IMG/VR virus record: IMGVR_UViG_3300017646_000010
Coordinates: 1-25,926 of that record
Reading direction: 5' to 3' (one strand)
DNA length: 25,926 bases
DNA from: a virus
Taxonomy: Duplodnaviria > Caudoviricetes
Part shown: in pieces, positions 8,333-14,115 of the stretch
How the letters are laid out: each line of letters opens with the position of its first letter
Position numbering within the stretch: position 1 is the stretch's first letter
Position numbers and translations under genes: made by a program
The notes under the pieces: model-generated
What the model was told of the DNA's origin: nothing
Seen by the model: the letters and a program-made list of their open reading frames with translations, nothing else
Database searches by the model: none

Positions 8333-9963
8333 CGGGTCCTCTTCTGCTTGCGGGTACTTTGGGGCGGCTGGTCGCCTCGCTCGCGGGTCGTCTTTTCGAC
8401 CTGGCCACCCTGCCCCTTCGAGAAGTCGAGCACCACGCCAAGCTTCTCCGCCACGCGGTTTTCGAGGGCCGCTTGCCGCAAGACGCGGATCCAGTGCAGC
8501 CCTCGCTTTGAACACTCAATCTTGAGCGTCGATAGACCGCCGCGGAGGCGTCCAAGCGCAGCGTCCGTCTCGGCTTCCGGATCGAGCAGCTCGCGACCGG
8601 CGCCGAGGGCTTCGAGCCGCTGGTAATACCGCTCGTTCGCGTAGAACTCGTCCGCGGTGACGCTCTCGAACAGGCCCATCGCCGCCGCCGTGCGGTTGTA
8701 CTCCCGGCGGATCGGGATCGCGAAGTTGCGGGCGTACCAGCCCTGAATCGGCACGATGTGAGCCTGCTCCGCCAGCAACGCGCCGCGCAGGCTCGAGAAG
8801 TTCGTCTGATCGTACCGGCCCGTCAGCGAATAGAAGCTGATGCCGGCGCCGGCCGCCAGGTCGTGGTCGACCGCGTTGATGAACTCGTCGAAGTTCGCGC
8901 CGGGGCGATTCGACTCGACCAGTTTGAGTTCGTCCTCGGGCCCAATGACCACGGCGTGCGGGCTCGATCCGAGCTTCACTTCCTGGTTCCCGAATTCGTC
9001 GTACGCGTCCAGTCCGTCGTCGAGCCCCAGGCCGCGCTCCCCTGGTGGCCGGTGCTTCAGCTTCCAGACGAGCGCCAGCAGCGCCTGCTTCACGGCAGTC
9101 TGCAGCTCGGAGCCGATCAGCTTGTCGCGGTCGAACGTCGCCTGCCCGACCGCATGGAGCCAGCTCACGCCGATCGATTGGCTCGGCCGGCGGAACAAGC
9201 AGAGGTGAATCATGCGTTCAGCCGGGATACGAGTCGACTTCCCGTAGGCAGCGCCGGTACTGGAGAAGTCGTCGTAAGGGTGGGCGTCGTGAACCCAAAA
9301 GGCCACCTCCCGGTTGAGCCGATCGAGTTCGATGCCGTTGATGATCTTGTTCACGCCAGGCGCGGCGGGGCGATCCTTCGAGCAGTCGAGCTGCTCCTTT
9401 TCGATGAGCTGATAGGCGAGCGGCACTTCGCGGGCGCCGCGTTTGACCATCGTCCGCAACAGGAAGGCGTCCCCCGTCGCCACGCACTCGCTGAACGCCA
9501 GCCGCTGTAGCTCGGGGCCGGCGTGCTTCCGCTCCACGTCGACCAGGTTCTTGTCGAGGAACCACTCCGAGTACTTCTCGTCCGCCTCGAGCGCCCAGCG
9601 GAGGTTGTCGTCGAACTCCTCCGAGCTGACGAGGTCCTCGAGGTCCATCGTCGCGTCGAGCGGATCGGCCAGGAGCTGCATCTGCTCGCCGATCACCAGG
9701 TCGGTCAGGGCCTCGGAGATGCGCTTGATGAGCGGATTGTTTTCGACCTCCGAGCGGACGCGGCGATGCATCAAGTCCTGCGACTCGTAGATCGCGGCGT
9801 CGGCCGACCGGGCCGGCGGCTGAAACGCCTGAGTGCGGCGATCGATCCGCCCCCAGCGGTACGCTTCCCGCGTGCTCATCGCCAGGCGTTGCCGCTCGGC
9901 TTGCCGGGACAGATCGGCCAAAAACGCGCGGGCGCTTGCCTCTTCCTCGCGGGACAGTCTCAC
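8329..9963 (-). CDS. Portal protein, lambda family (544 aa)
   Basis: Motifs NGIELDRLNREVAFW, RPSQSIGVSW, LTGRYDQTNFSSLRGALL, LDPEAE. Confidence 0.93.
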   Translation of the reverse strand: MRLSREEEASARAFLADLSRQAERQRLAMSTREAYRWGRIDRRTQAFQPPARSADAAIYESQDLMHRRVRSEVENNPLIKRISEALTDLVIGEQMQLLADPLDATMDLEDLVSSEEFDDNLRWALEADEKYSEWFLDKNLVDVERKHAGPELQRLAFSECVATGDAFLLRTMVKRGAREVPLAYQLIEKEQLDCSKDRPAAPGVNKIINGIELDRLNREVAFWVHDAHPYDDFSSTGAAYGKSTRIPAERMIHLCLFRRPSQSIGVSWLHAVGQATFDRDKLIGSELQTAVKQALLALVWKLKHRPPGERGLGLDDGLDAYDEFGNQEVKLGSSPHAVVIGPEDELKLVESNRPGANFDEFINAVDHDLAAGAGISFYSLTGRYDQTNFSSLRGALLAEQAHIVPIQGWYARNFAIPIRREYNRTAAAMGLFESVTADEFYANERYYQRLEALGAGRELLDPEAETDAALGRLRGGLSTLKIECSKRGLHWIRVLRQAALENRVAEKLGVVLDFSKGQGGQVEKTTRERGDQPPQSTRKQKRTR

Positions 9964-10166
9964 AGGTCGACCTCCGTGATCGGCAGGATGGAGGGACCGG
10001 TCTCGGACGCGAGCTGGTCGCGCAGCTCGGTGCGCATCTTCATCAGCGTCGCGAGCGGCAGCAGGCGGACCTGATGACCGGCCTCAGTCCACTCGGCAAT
10101 CTTGCCGGTGAGCTGGGCCTTAATGGCCGCTTCGACCGCGTCGAGCAGTTCTTGGGTGCTGGACAT
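9960..10166 (-). CDS. gpW-like head completion protein (68 aa)
   Basis: MSSTQELLDAVEAAI...EWTEAGHQVRLLPLATLMKMR fits the helix-hairpin-helix pattern. Immediately precedes the portal with GTGA overlap. Confidence 0.75.
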   Translation of the reverse strand: MSSTQELLDAVEAAIKAQLTGKIAEWTEAGHQVRLLPLATLMKMRTELRDQLASETGPSILPITEVDL

Positions 10167-10281
10167 GCCCGCCATCATGGAGCGGGCTAAAAGGGGTGGC
10201 GGGCGTCCAGGTCGGATTACGAACAGGCCGGCTCGTCCCGGACTTCGTCGCAATGGTCCAATGGTCCCTCGTAGACGACGA

Positions 10282-10458
10282 TCACCTCGCCGGCACCGCC
10301 AACTGCACCCATGCCGGAGCCAGCTCGATGCGGTCGTAACAATCGCATGCCGTCCCCATCAGCAGGGTCCGTTCCGCCGCGGCCGCCGGCGTCGCCTTCG
10401 GTAGCGCGGCCGCGGCCAGGCCGGCAATGGCGCCGGCGATCGCCTGGCGTCGATTCAT
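10282..10458 (-). CDS. Small protein with twin-arginine-like N-terminus (58 aa; alternative start 10467)
   Basis: MNRRQAIAGAIAGLAAAAL, strong GGAGGAGG RBS, ATGA overlap with the upstream fragment. Confidence 0.55.
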   Translation of the reverse strand: MNRRQAIAGAIAGLAAAALPKATPAAAAERTLLMGTACDCYDRIELAPAWVQLAVPAR

Positions 10459-10713
10459 GGCGCGCATGCTTCCCTCCTCCGCAGTCGCTCCTCGTGATTC
10501 GCAACCACCCCCTGCAGTTGCTGAATCCGTACTTCGTTCGCGTCGATCTCGTCCACCAGCTCGCCGACCTTGCGCCCCAGCCTCAAGATCTCGCCATCCT
10601 GTCGCGCGAATGAAGTTCGCGCACTTGGCCGCCGAGCCAGTGACGTCGTAATCGGCGTTGTCGAGGTACTCGCTCAAGACCTCGTCGTACGTGCTGCTGC
10701 TATCAATCGCCAT
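10455..10713 (-). pseudogene. Chimeric remnant: 5' end of one gene joined out of frame to the 3' end of another
   Basis: MAIDSSSTYDEVLSEYLDNADYDVTGSAAKCANFIRA turns to junk near 10602. A different frame there reads QDGEILRLGRKVGELVDEIDANEVRIQQLQGVVANHEERL and stops at 10455, coupled to the next ATG. Confidence 0.55.
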
Positions 10714-10769
10714 GGGCGACCGTCATGCAAAAACGGCTACGTCGCGTCAAGCGTGGGCGCGCGGCCGGA

Positions 10770-10786
10770 ATTGACTGGCCGTCAAT
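10770..10786. promoter_or_regulatory. Operator-like palindrome ATTGAC-N5-GTCAAT
   Basis: Perfect 6-bp inverted repeat abutting the HTH gene stop. Confidence 0.35.
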
Positions 10787-10995
10787 CATTTTTTCGGCGA
10801 CGGTCCAGGTCGCCGCTCTAGCTTGGCGAACTCTTCCACGCTCGCCCGCAACCAGACCCACGTCCGCCCGTCGAGTTGCTTGCCCGCGATGCGACCCTCG
10901 GAGCCGATGACGAGCAGGCGCTTGGTACTAACGCCGACAATCGCCGCAGCCTCGGCGGTGGAGCAGATCTGGTCGAGTGGGGATTTAGGTGTCAT
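10786..10995 (-). CDS. Small excisionase/MerR-like (HTH_17) DNA-binding protein (69 aa)
   Basis: STAEAAAIVGVSTKRL...GRIAGKQLDGRTW. An extended -10-like TGcTATGCT lies 5 nt before ATG 10995, so it may be leaderless. Confidence 0.8.
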   Translation of the reverse strand: MTPKSPLDQICSTAEAAAIVGVSTKRLLVIGSEGRIAGKQLDGRTWVWLRASVEEFAKLERRPGPSPKK

Positions 10996-11005
10996 GCGTA
11001 AGCAT

Positions 11006-11054
11006 AGCATGCCCCGGCCGGATGCTTGCGCAGAGCCGGCGCGGGGCGGGGAAT
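11006..11054. repeat. Hairpin direct repeat, copy 1 (downstream of the CRISPR array)
   Basis: AGCATGCCCCGGCCGG-A-TGC-TTGC-GCAGAGCCGGCGCGGGGCGGGGAAT, near-identical to 13147-13194. Confidence 0.9.
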
Positions 11055-11112
11055 ATGGGTCAATCTTCGTCCGCGGGCCAAGCCATCCGAAAACTGCCGT
11101 GGGCTTTCAGTA

Positions 11113-11734
11113 CCTGCGATAGCTAAATCAAAACTCAGCCATCGCGGGCCGCTCACAACGGGCTGCTCGAACCCACCACCTAACGCCTGCGATAGCTAAA
11201 TCAAAACTCAGCCATCGCGGGTCGGCACACTCAAACATCAGGCACAGTAGGTCAACCCCCTGCGATAGCTAAATCAAAACTCAGCCATCGCGGGCAGCCG
11301 GCGTCAACAGCCTCACGCGCGAAGCGGACCCTGCGATAGCTAAATCAAAACTCAGCCATCGCGGGGGACGCCATCCAGTTGTCTGAGCGACAACAGCCCC
11401 ACCTGCGATAGCTAAATCAAAACTCAGCCATCGCGGGCCACGCCGGAACGGCCCGTCACCACCGCACCGCCACTTACCTGCGATAGCTAAATCAAAACTC
11501 AGCCATCGCGGGGGGTGTGGCGAAACGTCGTGCAGATGGTGCGCTGTATTCCCTGCGATAGCTAAATCAAAACTCAGCCATCGCGGGACTACGTCAAGCT
11601 GACCGATCCAAAGGTCCGCTATACCCTGCGATAGCTAAATCAAAACTCAGCCATCGCGGGTGGCGATTCGGCATGGCCGTCTGTCTGGTCGGCGGGCCCC
11701 TGCGATAGCTAAATCAAAACTCAGCCATCGCGGG
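11113..11734 (-). CRISPR. CRISPR array: 9 identical 36-bp repeats, 8 unique spacers of 35-39 bp
   Basis: Plus-strand repeat CCTGCGATAGCTAAATCAAAACTCAGCCATCGCGGG starts at 11113, 11186, 11259, 11330, 11402, 11477, 11552, 11625 and 11699. Spacers are 37, 37, 35, 36, 39, 39, 37 and 38 bp. Minus orientation inferred from G-U pairing and from the effector strand. Confidence 0.98.
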
Positions 11735-11904
11735 GGCCGGGGCGCAAGCGCCCATATCCCCGCATCTTATTCGGCGTTATGCGAGTGGCCCGCTGCGGCA
11801 AGCACAGCCGGGCATTTCGCGGTAGGCGTTGCAGTCGCCTCGAAAGCCGTATCATGTTCCCGCTCCTCCATTTGCCGATACTGCGAGCGACGGAGCGGCT
11901 TTCG
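11735..11904 (-). ncRNA. Candidate structured leader/scaffold RNA overlapping the effector 3' end
   Basis: Inverted repeats at 11740-11753, 11761-11783, 11788-11813, 11824-11840, 11841-11849/11896-11904 and 11860-11866/11892-11898. Confidence 0.4.
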
Positions 11905-13123
11905 TCGACTCCCCACCGCTCGCAATCTCTAGTGTGATTCCATATTCGTCGCACTTCTGCGCAATCAGTGCCCGCAATCTCGCCCACGGAAAACTCGCGA
12001 CGTAATCCCGATAACCGTCATCGTACTTGATTCGCGTCACCCCGCAACGGACAGCGTAGCCGACAATTGCGGCGGCCGTCTGCTTGGCGAATGTGTCGAT
12101 GCGATTGAAAAACTTTTGCGACTTTCCCGCCAATGTCTTGCGGTGTCGCCGTCGTTTGCTTGAGTCACGGCGGTCTTCGTGCTTGCGATCCTCGCCAAGC
12201 CGCTGCAAGTCCCGCTGATGCTGACGCACCCAATCTCGCACGCGGTCGGCGTTGAGTATCCACGGCCTCTCACTGTCTTGCAGCACGCCGTAGAGGAAGC
12301 TCTCTTGATCCGTGCGGATGGAGAAAAACCTCTCCTTGCCGCTGGCGGCCGTATCCTTGCGCGGCAACCACGCAGCCACCTTGAGCATGACTCGGCTCGT
12401 GCGCGTCATGCCGTTGCGGTGGTCCCCCTGGTGCGCGTCGATCCGATAGAGGGTCGCTTCGACCGGAATGCAGGACCCGTCGATGCACCGCTCCAGCGCT
12501 GCGCGCTGGCGGCGATAGTCCGCTCCGCCTCGCAATCGGAGCGTGACGCGATCCGTCGTGTCCGCCGTCAACCGCACGTCGCACAGCAGTTCATTGCCAT
12601 CACCGATCCGCAGTTGGAAATTCCCCGGCGGCAGCGGAAGCGGATAGGGGTAGCGAAACGTCGGCAGGCTGATTTCGTTGGTCCAGAGCAGCTTGTACCG
12701 GGCCGCGCGATATTTGCCCTGCACCGCGTGGTCGATCGCGGTCACGGTAGTCGGGACCAGCGTGGGGAATGCCGCGCGGGCCTCGGGGTAGAGATAGACC
12801 TTGGGCGGCGGCGGCAGTTTCTCCATGCCCGGTTCGCGGCGCACGTCACGAGCATAGTATTGCGTTACGCACCAGTTGGCGAGCCGCGTTGACTCGCCCC
12901 ATGCGGCGCCCAGCAACTCGCGAAACTCGGGCCACTCGCAAGACACCGGACCAGCAACCGGGATTGTTACGGCCCGCATCATGTACGCCGCCGACCAGCA
13001 CGCCGGGCACCATACGCCACTGTGCCGCTTCCAGCCTCGCGGCAGCTTAGCCTCGCCCTTCTTGTCGGGTTTGGCATCGCTGGCTTTCCCGCAGCGGGTG
13101 CAGGTTATCGTGACGGTCTGCAT
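11852..13123 (-). CDS. Cas12f/TnpB-family RNA-guided protein, predicted nuclease-dead, with N-terminal C4 zinc ribbon (423 aa)
   Basis: ATG 13123 with GGAG RBS. Colinear with AsCas12f1 as recalled: GPVSCEWPEFRELL~KPLDLDWKEFGTIL, ISLPTFRYPYPL~MSIPSYKRDIPL, LERCIDGS~MDRILSGE, NRIDTFAKQTAAAIVGYAVRCGVTRIKYDD~NFRDTTNHRYSRYIVDMAIKEGCGTIQMED, FPWARLRALIAQKCDEYGI~WTYYDLQQKIIYKAEEAGI. Adjacent to the CRISPR array. Confidence 0.85.
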   Translation of the reverse strand: MQTVTITCTRCGKASDAKPDKKGEAKLPRGWKRHSGVWCPACWSAAYMMRAVTIPVAGPVSCEWPEFRELLGAAWGESTRLANWCVTQYYARDVRREPGMEKLPPPPKVYLYPEARAAFPTLVPTTVTAIDHAVQGKYRAARYKLLWTNEISLPTFRYPYPLPLPPGNFQLRIGDGNELLCDVRLTADTTDRVTLRLRGGADYRRQRAALERCIDGSCIPVEATLYRIDAHQGDHRNGMTRTSRVMLKVAAWLPRKDTAASGKERFFSIRTDQESFLYGVLQDSERPWILNADRVRDWVRQHQRDLQRLGEDRKHEDRRDSSKRRRHRKTLAGKSQKFFNRIDTFAKQTAAAIVGYAVRCGVTRIKYDDGYRDYVASFPWARLRALIAQKCDEYGITLEIASGGESTKAAPSLAVSANGGAGT

Positions 13124-13146
13124 CGCGTCGCGCTCCAAGGTGGCAA

Positions 13147-13194
13147 AGCATGCCCCGGCCGGGTGCAAAGCAGAGCCGGCGCGGGGCGGGGAAT
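13147..13194. repeat. Hairpin direct repeat, copy 2 (upstream of the effector)
   Basis: AGCATGCCCCGGCCGG-G-TGC-AAA-GCAGAGCCGGCGCGGGGCGGGGAAT. Confidence 0.9.
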
Positions 13195-13201
13195 GATCGG
13201 A

Positions 13202-13301
13202 CTAGACCTGAGCCTCCCAGGTCTCGGCGTCAGCGACCGACTCAAAGCATTGCCAGCCGCCATCTGCGGCGGGTCAGTGACTCGCGTTTGTCGCTCGTCA
13301 T
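13202..13301 (-). pseudogene. Remnant of a small leaderless phage gene
   Basis: ATG 13301 lies 6 nt after the -10 box but gives only 19 aa. A shifted frame ends in the protein-like DGGWQCFESVADAETWEAQV*. Confidence 0.35.
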
Positions 13302-13307
13302 GGTGTT

Positions 13308-13335
13308 ACTATATGGGTTTATTTGGCTAGGTCAA
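13308..13335 (-). promoter_or_regulatory. Sigma70-type promoter pointing into the effector-CRISPR cassette
   Basis: Minus strand TTGACC-N16-TATAGT in an AT-rich patch. Confidence 0.75.
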
Positions 13336-13339
13336 TAGT

Positions 13340-13522
13340 CTATTGGACACAAACCCGAGATAATTTTCCCCAGCGCTCACGATGCGCCCCGGCCCTTCTC
13401 GAGACGACGAGGTGCAGCGCCTGGCATTCTCGCTCCAGCCGCGGCAGGCCGCGAGCCCAGAAAAAGGACACTGCCACTAGCAGTGTCCAATAAAACAAGT
13501 CTCTGATCCCGAACCGCATCAT
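13340..13522 (-). CDS. Small membrane-anchored protein (60 aa), possibly 3'-truncated by the insert
   Basis: MMRFGIRDLFYWTLLVAV resembles the RFSIRDLLWLTLVVA-type N-terminus common in planctomycetes. ATGA coupling. Confidence 0.55.
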   Translation of the reverse strand: MMRFGIRDLFYWTLLVAVSFFWARGLPRLERECQALHLVVSRRAGAHRERWGKLSRVCVQ

Positions 13523-14094
13523 CGCGCGCCGATGTCGTCGTCCGGCGCCGCCCGCTTCTCCCGCTCTCGATCCCGCACGAAAACGGCCTTCATTTCTGGC
13601 CGCGGCTGGTGCATGTGGAAATTGCAGACCGGACACACCATTTTAATGTGCGCGCGGTGTCCTTGCTTCGGGGCGACTTCCAGGATCGCCCGCGGGTTGC
13701 CAGCGCAGGTCCGCTGCGGGCAATGCTGCGGCTCGCGCGGAATCGGAATCAGCGGCCGGGCCCGCTTCTCCTTCGAGTCGCATCCCGGCACGGGGCACGC
13801 GTAGTGCGTGCTGGCCGCGGTGCTCTTGTTCGCCGTCAGCAGACAGAGGTGTTTGGGACAGAACGGCCGGCCGTCACTGCCTTGCCGGGCGCGCGGCGCG
13901 TCGGCGGCGACGTCCCCTGACGGAACGTCCGGCCCGGCTGCGGCCGCCACACGCGCCGGCGGCGTTTCCGGGGAAAGGTCGGCGTTTGCCTCTACTCCGC
14001 CCTCGCTCGCTTGCGTGACGTCGTCGAGCTCCTCCTCGTCGAGCATCGTTCCGCCGCTCGCATTCGGATTCTGGTTCTTGTACTTGCGACCCAT
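13519..14094 (-). CDS. Cys-rich zinc-ribbon protein (191 aa), possible late regulator
   Basis: CPKH, CPVPGC, CPQRTC and CPVC after an acidic linker. GGGAG RBS. Confidence 0.65.
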   Translation of the reverse strand: MGRKYKNQNPNASGGTMLDEEELDDVTQASEGGVEANADLSPETPPARVAAAAGPDVPSGDVAADAPRARQGSDGRPFCPKHLCLLTANKSTAASTHYACPVPGCDSKEKRARPLIPIPREPQHCPQRTCAGNPRAILEVAPKQGHRAHIKMVCPVCNFHMHQPRPEMKAVFVRDREREKRAAPDDDIGAR

Positions 14095-14115
14095 GGCAAC
14101 AAAACTCCCTTCACG

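Noticed and set aside
71-9790. Long plus-strand ORFs (71-922, 958-2679, 4730-7366 and others)
   Set aside because: Antisense shadows of GC-rich minus-strand genes, Arg/Pro-rich, no motifs.
10883-10891. CCCGCGATG as a possible anti-repeat/tracrRNA
   Set aside because: Only 9 GC-rich nt inside the HTH coding sequence; expected by chance.
11052-11064. ATTGACCCATAT (minus strand) as a deleted copy of the 13308-13335 promoter
   Set aside because: Suggestive microhomology but only 12 nt; cannot be supported without related genomes.
11248-11255. 8-nt match (TTGACCTA) between a spacer and the cassette's own -35 box, suggesting autorepression
   Set aside because: Too short, not at the spacer end, flanks do not extend.
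11660-11987. ORFs 11660-11932 (+) and 11721-11987 (-) across the array end
   Set aside because: They start or end inside repeats/spacers and overlap the effector; no protein-like features.
11852-13123. Ordinary IS200/IS605 transposon or CAST (Cas12k) interpretation
   Set aside because: No TnpA, serine recombinase or TnsB/C/TniQ in the window. The protein resembles Cas12f more than IS-borne TnpB and lacks RuvC-III.
11852-13123. Type VI (Cas13) effector, prompted by the repeat shape
   Set aside because: Too small, and aligns colinearly with Cas12f rather than showing a two-HEPN architecture.
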